A stretch of 64,000 nucleotides of DNA from Ruminococcus flavefaciens. GTDB lineage: Bacteria; Bacillota; Clostridia; Oscillospirales; Ruminococcaceae. The position numbers were made by a program, and so were the translations under genes. The stretch is from assembly GCA_946624075.1 (NCBI GenBank), contig CAMORW010000001.1, positions 157,437 through 221,436 on the forward strand, given 5' to 3'. Every line of letters starts with the position of its first letter. The stretch's first letter is position 1. Of the stretch, positions 49,600 through 60,367 are shown piece by piece. Under the pieces are notes generated by a model, which was given only the letters and a program-made list of their open reading frames with translations, was not told where the DNA came from and searched no databases.

Positions 49600-52500
49600 T
49601 CAGTTCAGCTCTATGGGTATCTGCTTTTTCAGTTCAAATGAATAGAGATACGCTTCCTTGACCTTTTTTCCGATCGTCAGTTCTACTGCTGCGCGGTAGA
49701 GCCGGAGTTGTGCTGAATAACGCTCGGATAACTGCGCTGCTGTCGCACCTCTGTCTGATTTGTAATCAACTATCACTATGCCGTCAGGCTCTTCGAACAT
49801 CATGTCGATTATGCCCTTTATCATGCCGTCCGCTTTCATGAGCGGTCCTGCAAGATCTTCGTCAAGCTTTAATTCTGATACGGCTACCATGAACTTTTTC
49901 TCTCGCCATATCTGCTTTGCTGCACACATACGTCTGTATATGCTGCTTTCAAAAAACGCCTGAACGTTCGGGATACTTATGGAATCTGCCTGCGCTGGTG
50001 TAAGGTATCCGAGATCTTCCATGCGGATAAGCTCGGAATCTGCGTCTTCCTTCGCTGCTTCAAGATCACAGTACTGGAAAAACGTATGGATCGCTGTTCC
50101 TCTCTCTGCTCCTGTCAGTGTTTTCTCAGCGGAGATGAATCTCGGGCGTTTCAGCTTGTAGTCTGCGCTCTCGCCTTCCGGAAGCAGCTTTTTTGTTATC
50201 TGCGTAACGCTCAGCTTTGCCGGCATTTCTGAGAAAGTCCGGTCGTAGTCCATTGCTATTATCCGTTTCAGCTCTGATATTATCGCTTCGTCCGGTCCTT
50301 CTGAAATAACTATCTCTTCATCAGGCGCTTCAGCGTTATCGCTTTCACCGGCTAATTCATAAGTGAAGATGTCGTCATCATATACTGCCTCAGGTATGCC
50401 GAACTCGCCGGTCTCGATGCCGAGCAGGTCCGCTATATCGCCGAATGCTCTGTGACGGATCAGTGATGCCCATATCCAGTCAGAATGGCTCTTTGCAGAT
50501 GCCGCAATCGAGTTTATGTCACCGCTGACCACACAATCCTCTATCTGCGAACTTACCCGCTTGAGCGCTTTTTCTCCGCATTTCAGATTTATGAACAGCT
50601 GCTGCCTTGCTCTTGTCATTCCGACGTAAAACAGTCTCATTTCCTCGCCCATCGCTTTGTCTGCGGCTTCTCCGTGAAGCATCATCTGCTGGAACGTCTT
50701 GTATTTGCGGTATATCTCAGGATCATACAGCACATAGCCTATGCGTCCGTCATCCGAACACATGACCGTATCGGATTCGTCTCGGAAAAGACATGAGGTC
50801 TCGGCTATGAATACAAACGGATATTCAAGCCCCTTTGAAGCGTGGAATGTCTGGACTGTCACATAGTCTCCGGCTGCTGCTGACAGTTTTCCCTGCGCAA
50901 GATCTCCGGTCTCCATTATGCGGTCGATATGACGCAGGAAGCCTCCGAGCCCTCCTGAGCCTTCAAACGCAAGTGCTTCTTCGTAGCCCTTGGCGTACTG
51001 GATAAGTGCACGCAGATTCGCCCGCTTCTTCTCGCCGTCTGAACTCATCTGCATTACGGAAATAAAATCTGTGGTGTCGTATATGTATGCTATCAGTTCA
51101 CCTATTGTCATTGTAACAGAACTGAGGCGGAAGCTGTCGATAGAATCAAGGAATTCCCTGCACCTCTCTATAAGGAAGAAGTCGCTGAATTCCGGGAATT
51201 CGCCGGATATCAGCCCTTTCAGCAGCGAATAGAGCGGTCTTCTGCTGCTCAGCGCCTTTATAGCCGCTACGTCACCTACACTGAACATGTACATCGGTGA
51301 CATCATTACTGCTGTCATCGGGATATCCAGCAGCGGATTGTTTATCACTCTCAGCAGATCTGTCAGCACGGCTATTTCGCGTGATCTCAGGTATCCCTGC
51401 TCTTCGGCGCCTTTTGCCGGTACGCCCAGTTTCATGAGCTCATTGGCGTATATGTTGATGAATGAATTCCTCCTGACAAGTATGCAGAAATCCGACGGTC
51501 GGCACTTTCTCACCGTTCCGTCACGCTCGGCAACGGATACTCCGCTGTCAAGCATCTTCGCTATCTTTGAGGCTGTCCATATAGCTTCGGGATCAGTTTT
51601 TATACGGAGATGTGCCGGTGTGTCGTCATCAGTCTCGGCTGCTTCATCCTTTATAAAAGTGATCTGTGTCTTTCTTTCCTGTTCTGCTGCCTCATAGCCC
51701 ACTGCTCCGAAATACAGTTTCTCTTCGTCTGTATATGTGATATCTCCGCATTTTTCAGACATCACTTGGCTGAAAACGTAATTCACCATGTCTATAACTT
51801 CCGGCGAACTGCGGAAATTCTTGTTCAGTATTATTGCCTGATTCGGTGATTTCTCTTCCGGTGAGTAGGGGACAGAATCCTTCAGCGTCTTTATAAAGTT
51901 CCGCGGATTCGCAAGGCGAAATCCATAAATGGACTGCTTCACATCTCCTACAAGGAATACATTGTCGCCGTACATCGGCTGTCCCTCTGCATCGGTCTTA
52001 TAGTTACGGGATATCAGCTTGAATATCATGTCCTCCTTGTTGTTTGAATCCTGATACTCATCTATCATGATTATATCATAGTACTCCGCTGTCCTTTCGG
52101 CAGTCGCTGTCGGTCTGATTCTGCCGTTCTCATCAAAGTCTGCCAACAGTTCAAGCGCAAGGCGCTCGCCGTCATCAAAGCTTATGGCATTGCGTGAGCA
52201 CTTTCTCTCCCAGAGCAGTTCGTGATACTTGCGTATCATCCCGGCAAGCAGTTCCGTAACTCTGGCGGACTCGGCAAAATCGTTCTCCACGGTGCTTATG
52301 CCGTCGATCACGCTTTTGACTATGTTCCTGCACTGTGTACGACGCTTCTTGTATATATCACGCAGCTGTGAATTGTGAGGCGTCTTGGCTGTAACTCGCA
52401 CCAAGTCTCCGAACGCCTGTGCTTTCTCGGCTTCCTCAGCAGACGGGAGCATGCCTTTTCGGAATATGCCTATCAGGTCTTCTATGCGTTCGCAGTCCTC

Positions 52501-53256
52501 TATCGCCTGTTTGCGCGACTTGTCAGCAGGGCTGCCTTCTTTGAAATCGGGGAAGATGTCGTTCATCATCGCACATGATGCCTCCGAAAGCTTCAGAGCA
52601 GCTTCAAGACGTGAGACGGAATGCTCCGTAAGCGCCTTGTAATATATCGTTTCTTTCAGCGGCTTCTTATACTCAGCAACCGCGTTATCGAGCCACTTGT
52701 CACGGAATGCTGCTGACGCGAGGAAATTGTCTATACTATTCAGCACTTCAATGAGTCTTCTGTCGTTCCTGATGCAGAAACGGTCGTACAGATACGATAT
52801 CTTCTCATATTCGTTTTCACTGTAATAGTTTATCAGTTCATCCATTGCCTGAGAACGCATTACGTTGTGGTCGGTCTCGTCAAGCACACTGAATCCGGAT
52901 GTTATCCCCTGATCTGTTATATTGTCCCTGAGCAGTTCGAAACAGAAGGAGTTGATGGTGGATATCCTGGCATTCTGGAGCAGCACCTGCTGCCTGAGCA
53001 GATGTATATCACCGGGACGTTCGGCTATTATGTCACGGAGTTTGGAATCAAGGCGCTTTTTGAGTTCGGCTGCCGCATCATTGGTGAAGGTGACAACTAT
53101 CATCCTGTCTGCTCTGACTCCGGACTTCGGATCGGATATCAGACGAACGAGCCTTTCGGTGAGCACGGCTGTCTTTCCGCTTCCAGCTGCCGCAGATACG
53201 ATAACTGATGAACCGCGGGCTGTTATTGCGTTCTCCTGCTGTTGTGTCCATGCCAT
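49600..53256 (-). CDS. addA: ATP-dependent helicase/nuclease subunit A
   Basis: SAAAGSGKT, IDEYQD, VGDVKQSIY.FR, H.SKGLE, nuclease GIID...IVDYKSD; ATG 53256. Confidence 0.95.
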   Translation of the reverse strand: MAWTQQQENAITARGSSVIVSAAAGSGKTAVLTERLVRLISDPKSGVRADRMIVVTFTNDAAAELKKRLDSKLRDIIAERPGDIHLLRQQVLLQNARISTINSFCFELLRDNITDQGITSGFSVLDETDHNVMRSQAMDELINYYSENEYEKISYLYDRFCIRNDRRLIEVLNSIDNFLASAAFRDKWLDNAVAEYKKPLKETIYYKALTEHSVSRLEAALKLSEASCAMMNDIFPDFKEGSPADKSRKQAIEDCERIEDLIGIFRKGMLPSAEEAEKAQAFGDLVRVTAKTPHNSQLRDIYKKRRTQCRNIVKSVIDGISTVENDFAESARVTELLAGMIRKYHELLWERKCSRNAISFDDGERLALELLADFDENGRIRPTATAERTAEYYDIIMIDEYQDSNNKEDMIFKLISRNYKTDAEGQPMYGDNVFLVGDVKQSIYGFRLANPRNFIKTLKDSVPYSPEEKSPNQAIILNKNFRSSPEVIDMVNYVFSQVMSEKCGDITYTDEEKLYFGAVGYEAAEQERKTQITFIKDEAAETDDDTPAHLRIKTDPEAIWTASKIAKMLDSGVSVAERDGTVRKCRPSDFCILVRRNSFINIYANELMKLGVPAKGAEEQGYLRSREIAVLTDLLRVINNPLLDIPMTAVMMSPMYMFSVGDVAAIKALSSRRPLYSLLKGLISGEFPEFSDFFLIERCREFLDSIDSFRLSSVTMTIGELIAYIYDTTDFISVMQMSSDGEKKRANLRALIQYAKGYEEALAFEGSGGLGGFLRHIDRIMETGDLAQGKLSAAAGDYVTVQTFHASKGLEYPFVFIAETSCLFRDESDTVMCSDDGRIGYVLYDPEIYRKYKTFQQMMLHGEAADKAMGEEMRLFYVGMTRARQQLFINLKCGEKALKRVSSQIEDCVVSGDINSIAASAKSHSDWIWASLIRHRAFGDIADLLGIETGEFGIPEAVYDDDIFTYELAGESDNAEAPDEEIVISEGPDEAIISELKRIIAMDYDRTFSEMPAKLSVTQITKKLLPEGESADYKLKRPRFISAEKTLTGAERGTAIHTFFQYCDLEAAKEDADSELIRMEDLGYLTPAQADSISIPNVQAFFESSIYRRMCAAKQIWREKKFMVAVSELKLDEDLAGPLMKADGMIKGIIDMMFEEPDGIVIVDYKSDRGATAAQLSERYSAQLRLYRAAVELTIGKKVKEAYLYSFELKKQIPIELN

Positions 53257-53257
53257 A

Positions 53258-56200
53258 TCAGTTCTCCTCCTTTCTGTCATATTTCATGGCAAGTATAGCT
53301 TCCGCTTCTTCCATGCGCCCGGCTTCCGGAAGCCTGTAACGAGTGCGAAGTGAATTGTCGCATATGTTGATGTAGCTGCAATAGCTGCACGGATCGCTCT
53401 TTCCGATCATCATGGGTACTGCTTCGGCATCTCCGGAAAGAAGAGAGCCTGCCATATCTGTGAGAGTACGGTAGGTGTACTCCTTCAGCAGCTTCATTCC
53501 TTCAGATGTTATGCAGCTGGATCTCTTGTCCGGAACTCCGTCACTGCTCATTTTTACAGGTATGTACACGCCCTTGCCGTTCTTGTCCATAGCATTTATT
53601 ACACTGTTCTCACCGAGTACGAGTCCGGACGTTTTCAGAGCACTGTTCACTGCGGTACTGTTCATGCTATCGACACGATGTGCTTCAAGGCTGACCTCCG
53701 AGACCTGTAGAGGTGAATACAGCACTCCTGCCGGCTGATAGCTTTCGTATATCCCGCCTTCATCTGTTGATGCAAACAGATATAGCAGCATCTGGAGATT
53801 TATACCGCCTGCAAGAGTCTCGGCTGTGATCTCTTTGCGGCTGCTCTTGTAGTCGATTATACGGACATAATCCTTGCCGTCTATACGGCAGACGTCTGCT
53901 CTGTCCACTATACCGCCGAAACTCAGATCATATCCGCCTCCGAATGGCAGGATAACCGAGTGTTCATCACGCAGGTTCAGTTCGTACTTGTCCGGTACGA
54001 AATCCGATGCCATGAGCGACTGCTGGGTGTGCAGGAATACTCCTGCCATGCGTGTTTTGAGTTTATCAAGTATAAGTCCGAATTTCGCTGTCTTTCCGAA
54101 TTCTCCCGCAAGCTTATCGTCACAGTACTTCCTTGCACAGTTATTAATTTCCTGTCGGATATCGTCATAACTCATGGATATGAACTCTTTTTTGGTGTGT
54201 GAACCAAGTATTCCGCGGAAGCATTCGTGCGTCAGATCACCGGCTATCCTTGCGTCTATGTCGATACGTTCAAGTTCTTTAAGTTTCAGACAGCTCGAAC
54301 AGAAGTATTTGAAATGACACAGATCATAGTTTTCCAGATCTGTGGATGACAACCTGAGCGGCGTAAAACTTTTCAGCTGCTGCATGATATCGCTGTCTAT
54401 ATGATAGTCCTGCTTGTTCCCGGTCCGCGTCAGAACATACGCGATGCGTCGCTTGTACTCGTTGTCTTCCATAAGCAGCTTCTTTATGGAAGCGACTGAC
54501 GCACTCGGCGAACTGCGCTGCTGCATGTAGTGATAGTAGGCAGCGTGGAGCGTTACGGCATAGTAATGCGGCGGAAGATCATCTTCCGTAAGGCGGATAT
54601 CTTCTCTTCCGAACATGCTTATAATGCTGTCGATGATCCGTGAAGGATATTTCGCCTGTCCGGAAAGGTCCGAAAGAGGATATGTGAGGTACAGCCTTTC
54701 AGATGCTGTTGACAGCGACTTATATACTATCAGCCTTTCAGCTGCGATAAGGTCGGATACAGGACGGGCTATCTCTATGCCCTCCTCAGCAAGCTTCTGC
54801 TTGTCCGCCTCTGAGAATAGTCCGTGCAGACTGACATTATTGGGAAAATCTCCTTCACATGAACCAACTGCGAATATCACCTTTGGCGCATTGAGACGTG
54901 CATTCCTTGAGGATGCTGCTATCACAGAATCAAGTGTCTGGGGCGGTACGGAATAGGTTATCCTGCCTATCATGGAACGCATTATCCTTGATACTTCGGC
55001 AAAGTCAGCATCGCTGCCGGTCAGTGTCTCACTTATGCTGTCAAGGATATCTATGAGACAGCTCCAGAGACGTTTCAGCTCTGAGGCATCGTAATCCCTG
55101 TCAGTACGGATCAGCTTGTCCATGAGGACCGATACGCAGCGTTCTGCCTTGCTCTTTACGAGATGTTCGTAAAGAAATGCACATATCTTCTGCGCGTCCG
55201 TTCCTTTGCGTGATACCCTCTTTTTCAGTTCGTACAGCGGCATTGCTACTGTTGAACGCAGCTGCTCGATCTTTTTCAGCTGTGGATCCTCTGCTGTGAA
55301 GGGACTGAGCCACATGTCGCCGTCTATCCCCCATTTATAGCAGTAATTCTCCAGAAGTGAGATGTCGGATATGTCGGCTTCCGTCAGTCCGCATTTTAGA
55401 AGCCGGAATATATGCTCTGAACGGAACCTGCGCGAGTTGAGAATGTCGAGAAGAGCGTTTATGTATACCATTATGGGCGTGTGCGCTACCGAACGCTCTG
55501 TACTGAGAAAGTACGGAATGTCATATCTGTCAAATGCAGCTCTGAATACTTCTGCATAGGCGTTTATGTCATTTGAGATCACTGCGATATCCTTGTATTT
55601 CAGTCCGCTCTCATTGCAGACAAGACGCTTTATCGTTGCGCAGACATACTCAGCTTCCGCGTACATATCACGGGCTTCGAAAATGCGGATGTGCTCCGGT
55701 GAAGGTGCAGATGCAGGCTCAGGTCTGAGATTACGCAGTATCCTGCCGCTGAGATATCCCAGTTCGGGATAGCGAAAACGTTTACCGCTGCCGCAGTCGG
55801 TGATCCTGTATTCCTTCCCGGATTCACGGCAGATATCTGTTATCCGTCTGTATGTGTCATTCACCGTCTCGAACAGTGTGAATTCACCGGCGGTAACATC
55901 ATCCGTCCTGAGCGTTATGGTGATATTGTCTGCTGATGATATCATGATGCGAAGCATGTCAAGCTGATCGCCGTTGAAGCTTTCAAACTCGTCTATATAT
56001 ATTTCCGTGCCTTCAAAACAGCGGTGAAGTGCCGCAAGTTTCGCGGCTTCACGAACGTTGTCAAGTTCGTCTTTATAGCCGTGTTCCTTCATCAGACGCT
56101 CGTACTCTGCATAGATCAGCGCTGTATCTGCTGCCTTGTCTGCAAGGCGCTTTTCAAGCAGCTGCGCTCTTGCCAGCAGTTCCTCAGGATCCGTTCCGGA

Positions 56201-56590
56201 ACGTCTGAGGTCGGATATGAGTTCCAACATTTCTTCGGCAAATCCGCTGTGAGAACTGCGGCGGCTGAAACATTTCAGAGAATCAGGACTGCTGCGTGCC
56301 TTGTCTATAGCCATGTATATCAGTATCATCCTCGACATTTCATCAGCATATTCGCCTTTTCTGCCGGGATCGCCGTATATCTGGAAAAGCTGTCTCGCCA
56401 GACTTGTAAAACTCAGCGAAAACAGCTTGTTGAAACGCTCTGCTCCAAGATATTCGTAAAGCGTCTTATCAAATTCGTAGGAGTACTGCTCCGGTACGAT
56501 TATGTACTGCTCTGCTTTGCCGGAGGCTATCCTTTCAAACATGAGTGTGGTCTTGCCGCTTCCAGCCTGACCGATAATTATTTCTACCAT
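53258..56590 (-). CDS. addB: ATP-dependent helicase/nuclease subunit B
   Basis: GQAGSGKT, VPEQYS, C.F.YF, GIVDR.D, IIDYKS, LQM..Y, Fe-S cysteines C..C.....C. Confidence 0.93.
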   Translation of the reverse strand: MVEIIIGQAGSGKTTLMFERIASGKAEQYIIVPEQYSYEFDKTLYEYLGAERFNKLFSLSFTSLARQLFQIYGDPGRKGEYADEMSRMILIYMAIDKARSSPDSLKCFSRRSSHSGFAEEMLELISDLRRSGTDPEELLARAQLLEKRLADKAADTALIYAEYERLMKEHGYKDELDNVREAAKLAALHRCFEGTEIYIDEFESFNGDQLDMLRIMISSADNITITLRTDDVTAGEFTLFETVNDTYRRITDICRESGKEYRITDCGSGKRFRYPELGYLSGRILRNLRPEPASAPSPEHIRIFEARDMYAEAEYVCATIKRLVCNESGLKYKDIAVISNDINAYAEVFRAAFDRYDIPYFLSTERSVAHTPIMVYINALLDILNSRRFRSEHIFRLLKCGLTEADISDISLLENYCYKWGIDGDMWLSPFTAEDPQLKKIEQLRSTVAMPLYELKKRVSRKGTDAQKICAFLYEHLVKSKAERCVSVLMDKLIRTDRDYDASELKRLWSCLIDILDSISETLTGSDADFAEVSRIMRSMIGRITYSVPPQTLDSVIAASSRNARLNAPKVIFAVGSCEGDFPNNVSLHGLFSEADKQKLAEEGIEIARPVSDLIAAERLIVYKSLSTASERLYLTYPLSDLSGQAKYPSRIIDSIISMFGREDIRLTEDDLPPHYYAVTLHAAYYHYMQQRSSPSASVASIKKLLMEDNEYKRRIAYVLTRTGNKQDYHIDSDIMQQLKSFTPLRLSSTDLENYDLCHFKYFCSSCLKLKELERIDIDARIAGDLTHECFRGILGSHTKKEFISMSYDDIRQEINNCARKYCDDKLAGEFGKTAKFGLILDKLKTRMAGVFLHTQQSLMASDFVPDKYELNLRDEHSVILPFGGGYDLSFGGIVDRADVCRIDGKDYVRIIDYKSSRKEITAETLAGGINLQMLLYLFASTDEGGIYESYQPAGVLYSPLQVSEVSLEAHRVDSMNSTAVNSALKTSGLVLGENSVINAMDKNGKGVYIPVKMSSDGVPDKRSSCITSEGMKLLKEYTYRTLTDMAGSLLSGDAEAVPMMIGKSDPCSYCSYINICDNSLRTRYRLPEAGRMEEAEAILAMKYDRKEEN

Positions 56591-56614
56591 ATTACCTTCC
56601 TAACACAAAAACAA

Positions 56615-56637
56615 GGCTGCTGCAAAATGCAGCAGCC
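56615..56637 (-). terminator. Terminator after the GH25 gene
   Basis: GGCTGCTGCA/TGCAGCAGCC stem followed by TTGTTTTTG on the minus strand. Confidence 0.75.
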
Positions 56638-56651
56638 GATGATGACGGATA

Positions 56652-58229
56652 TCAATATCCATTCAGATGGAACTGATTCATGAGTGACGGGAAATCAAGA
56701 TAGCTGTAATCAAGATCTACTGATCCGTTGATACCCTTGACCTTTCCGTCATTGGCATACTGCCACATACCGTAGTTTCTGGAGAATGCCGGATTGCTTA
56801 CACCATAACTCGCTACCCATACATCATACTTATCGAATACCTCTGCGTTGAGCTTAGTATTCAGGAAATTCGAATAACTTGCGATGCCGACATAGTAGCC
56901 CTTGCTCTCAAGATATGAACAGAACGCTTCTGCTATCGCTGTAAGCTCGCTGTTGCTCTTTCCGGTGATAGAAGGATCTTCAAGGTCAAAGTATACGGGA
57001 TATTCAAGCTTCTGTCCTGCTATTACAGAATAGCATGCTTCAGCTTCCTTAACTGCATCAGCCGGTGACTCCGCATAACTGTACCAGTATACGCCTACGT
57101 CAAGTCCTGCCGCTTTGGCACCCTTGATATTTGCGTCGAAATACTTGTCCTTCTGTGATGCGTATCTGCCGTATCCTGCACGGATTATCGCATAATCTGT
57201 GCCTGTGGAGGCTACCTGCTTCCAGTCCACTTCGCCCTGCCATACCGAAACGTCGATTCCGTTAGCTACAACGCTGGATTTCGGTGCAGGCTGTGTTACT
57301 ACAGGAGGTGTATATGCCGGCTCATCTCCGGGTAATACATAAGTATCAGGTGAGATGATATAGGGATAATTGATGTATGAATAATCAAGATCAACTTCTC
57401 CGCTTATGCCGCTTACTGTACCGGTACTGCTGTACTGCCACATCTCATATTCTTTTCCGTAATCGGGTTTGCTTACACCAAAATGTGCTACCCAAACATC
57501 GTACTTATCCAGAACTGAATCAAGCACCCTTGTATTCAGGAAGCTCGCATAGCTGTAAAGTCCGACATAATATCCCTTTGCCTGAAGTGTGGAGCAGAAT
57601 GCTTCGATTATAGCCGATACCTGCGCTGTTGAAAGATACTTCTGGGAAGAATCTTCGATATCAAAATATACCGGATATGTAAAATCGTAATCCTTTATTA
57701 TCTGATAGCATGCTTCCGCTTCCTGATAGGCATCTTCCACAGTCAGTGCGTAACTGTACCAGTATGTGCCGCAGTTGAGTCCTGCTGCCTGAGCGCCTTT
57801 CATATGCTCATCGAACTTCGGATCTTCCTGTGAAACATATTTGCCGTATCCGGAACGGATTATCGCAAACTCTATACCGCTTGCCTTTACTGCATTCCAG
57901 TCAACTGTAGGCTGCCACTGGGAAACGTCGATGCCCTTTGCCTGTCTGTAAACCGGTATCTCAGGCATCTGCGCTGCCATATGTGCGTTATAGATATCAA
58001 ATACATTGAACGGTACTTCAGTAGTGAGTTCTTCTGACTCTTCTGTAGACTGTGCTGTGGTCTCAGTCTCATCAGAAACCTCTTTACTTTCTGCTGAAAT
58101 TGTGTTATCATAAATATTAGCAGTTTCAACGTCGTCAGCAAACGCAGTCACGAATGATGCGGAAGAAACGACTGAAACGGCAAAGGTGCAGGAAAGTACT
58201 GCTGAGAGTACCTTTGCTGAATGCTTCAT
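56652..58229 (-). CDS. Secreted lysozyme with two tandem GH25 domains
   Basis: Signal peptide; two GIDVS.WQ...YWYSYA...PVYFD.E...WQY domains. Confidence 0.92.
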   Translation of the reverse strand: MKHSAKVLSAVLSCTFAVSVVSSASFVTAFADDVETANIYDNTISAESKEVSDETETTAQSTEESEELTTEVPFNVFDIYNAHMAAQMPEIPVYRQAKGIDVSQWQPTVDWNAVKASGIEFAIIRSGYGKYVSQEDPKFDEHMKGAQAAGLNCGTYWYSYALTVEDAYQEAEACYQIIKDYDFTYPVYFDIEDSSQKYLSTAQVSAIIEAFCSTLQAKGYYVGLYSYASFLNTRVLDSVLDKYDVWVAHFGVSKPDYGKEYEMWQYSSTGTVSGISGEVDLDYSYINYPYIISPDTYVLPGDEPAYTPPVVTQPAPKSSVVANGIDVSVWQGEVDWKQVASTGTDYAIIRAGYGRYASQKDKYFDANIKGAKAAGLDVGVYWYSYAESPADAVKEAEACYSVIAGQKLEYPVYFDLEDPSITGKSNSELTAIAEAFCSYLESKGYYVGIASYSNFLNTKLNAEVFDKYDVWVASYGVSNPAFSRNYGMWQYANDGKVKGINGSVDLDYSYLDFPSLMNQFHLNGY

Positions 58230-58455
58230 TTCTCATCAAACTCCTTTTTAATAATCGTTTTTTGCAATGATTACAAAACGGTTAATATCCCCCATGTCTA
58301 TTTTACCAAATTATAACATGCTTTTGAACAAATTGCAACAGTTGAAATAAAAAAAACAAACAATCCTTGTAAATTTGTACAAAACATCAAAAATGCATAA
58401 TTGGTTTTAGGCATTTTACATATTCAAAAAATGATCTCTTAAAGGTTACTGAATT

Positions 58456-59415
58456 ATGAAAGAATTTTTAATAAGTAAAAATGACAGCGGTCAGCGTGCC
58501 GATAAATTCATCGCAAAAGCTCTGCCGGATCTCCCGAAAAGCATGATGTACCGCCTTTTCAGAAAAAAAGATGTCAAGCTGAACGGGAAAAGATGCGACA
58601 TAGCCGCTATGCTCTCTGAAGGCGACAGGCTGTGCGTTTATGTAAAGGATGAACTCGCTTCAGGCAAGGCTGCTGATATGAGTTTCCTTGATGTCCCGGC
58701 TGAGTTATCCGTCATCTATGAAGATGATGACATTATTATTGTCAACAAACCGCTCGGGATAGATTCTCATCCCGGCAGCGGCAGCAAAGATACTCTTATC
58801 GACCGCATCAAGCATTACCTTTATGACAAGAAGGAATATGTCCCCTCCTCGGAAAACTCCTTTGCTCCGGCTCTTTGCAGCCGTCTTGACCGCAATACCT
58901 GCGGACTGGTCACAGCTGCCAAAAATGCCGCTGCCCTCCGTGAGCTGAATTCTGCTATCCGCGACGGAAATATACATAAAATATACCACTGTATCACGGT
59001 GTCTTCGCCAAAAAAAGACAAGATGATCCTTGAAGCATATCACCGGAAGGATGAGGGCAGAAATATCGTCCGCATTTCAGATGAGCCGCTTGAAGGTTTC
59101 AAGCCTATCAGGACTGGCATCCGGGTGCTTGAAAAAAATGGGACGCTCGCTCTGACGGAAGTCACTCTTTTCACAGGCAGGACTCACCAGATACGCGCTC
59201 ATCTCGCACATATAGGTTGTCCTGTACTGGGCGACGGCAAGTACGGGAACATATCAGCCAACAAACGAGCCGGTGTTTTCTATCAGACCTTATGCGCTTA
59301 TTCTCTCAGATTTGAGCTTCCGGCGGATTCTCCGCTGAGCAGACTGAATTCTCTTAAAGTGAACGCACCGATCCCGGATTTTGAAAAAAGATTCTTTCCG
59401 GACAGGATCAGTTAG
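58456..59415 (+). CDS. RluA-family 23S rRNA pseudouridine synthase
   Basis: S4 domain, NKP.G...H, RLDRNTCG (catalytic Asp), TGRTHQIRAHL..IG.PVLGD.KYG. Confidence 0.93.
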   Translation: MKEFLISKNDSGQRADKFIAKALPDLPKSMMYRLFRKKDVKLNGKRCDIAAMLSEGDRLCVYVKDELASGKAADMSFLDVPAELSVIYEDDDIIIVNKPLGIDSHPGSGSKDTLIDRIKHYLYDKKEYVPSSENSFAPALCSRLDRNTCGLVTAAKNAAALRELNSAIRDGNIHKIYHCITVSSPKKDKMILEAYHRKDEGRNIVRISDEPLEGFKPIRTGIRVLEKNGTLALTEVTLFTGRTHQIRAHLAHIGCPVLGDGKYGNISANKRAGVFYQTLCAYSLRFELPADSPLSRLNSLKVNAPIPDFEKRFFPDRIS

Positions 59416-60265
59416 GCTGCCCGACACGGTGACGGAGATTGTCCTCCTTCAGTTCGCGGCCCTCTGCTATGAGCGCACGCATTTTCTCAGCATCTGAATC
59501 ACGGAGAGCATCTGCGTATTTATTCAGATTTGCAATGAGCAGTTCAAGTTCGTACTGGAGGTGCTCACGGTTCTGCATGAACAGATCAGTCCACATCTTC
59601 TCGTTCATTGTCGCGATCCTCGTCATATCCTGAAAGCTTCCTCCGCTGAATCCGCATTCAAGTCCAAGTTCGGGGCTCTTGACATATGCGCTGGATACTA
59701 TGTGTGCAAGCTGAGAGGTGTAGGCTATCATTTTATCATGATTCTCAGGCGATGTTATCACTATCTTGCCAGCACCTATCTCTGTAGAGAGCCTTTTCAG
59801 CGTCTCTATATCTTCCTGAGTGCTGTCTTCGAAAGGGGCAACTATGAAGTTCGCCTTCTGGAAAAGATCAGCTGAACTGTTATAGTAGCCGCCGAATTCC
59901 TTTCCTGCCATAGGATGTATGCCAAGATACCTCATTCCGTGGTCTTCGGATATCTTTTTCATGCGTTTGCTGAATTCGCCCTTTATTCCGCAGACATCAG
60001 TTATGAGCGTCCCCTCTCCAATTTTTTCTGCATTTTCACGCAGAAAACGCTCTGCTGCTTCCGGGAAAAGTGCGATGATAACGAGTTCTATGCCTTCAAA
60101 GCTTCCGCTGAATGTCTCGTCGATAGCTACATCTCTGAGTGCAGCATATTCAATGTCACGGTTGAGATCACTGCCAACTATCGTATGGTAAGTATATTTC
60201 TTCATCGCCTTGCACATTGATCCGCCGATGAGTCCAAGTCCGACTACAAGTATTTTCATGTTCAT
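59408..60265 (-). CDS. tyrA: Prephenate dehydrogenase
   Basis: VGLGLIGGS, DVCGIK, HPMAG.E, HD..IA.TSQLAH, SF.DMTRIA. Confidence 0.93.
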   Translation of the reverse strand: MNMKILVVGLGLIGGSMCKAMKKYTYHTIVGSDLNRDIEYAALRDVAIDETFSGSFEGIELVIIALFPEAAERFLRENAEKIGEGTLITDVCGIKGEFSKRMKKISEDHGMRYLGIHPMAGKEFGGYYNSSADLFQKANFIVAPFEDSTQEDIETLKRLSTEIGAGKIVITSPENHDKMIAYTSQLAHIVSSAYVKSPELGLECGFSGGSFQDMTRIATMNEKMWTDLFMQNREHLQYELELLIANLNKYADALRDSDAEKMRALIAEGRELKEDNLRHRVGQPN

Positions 60266-60367
60266 ACTCCTTTATTTCTGTATTATGTTTATATTGTAGC
60301 ACTTTAAATGGCAAAAATCAATAGATTTTACATATATTTCAATCTTTTTCTATATTAAGGTGATATT

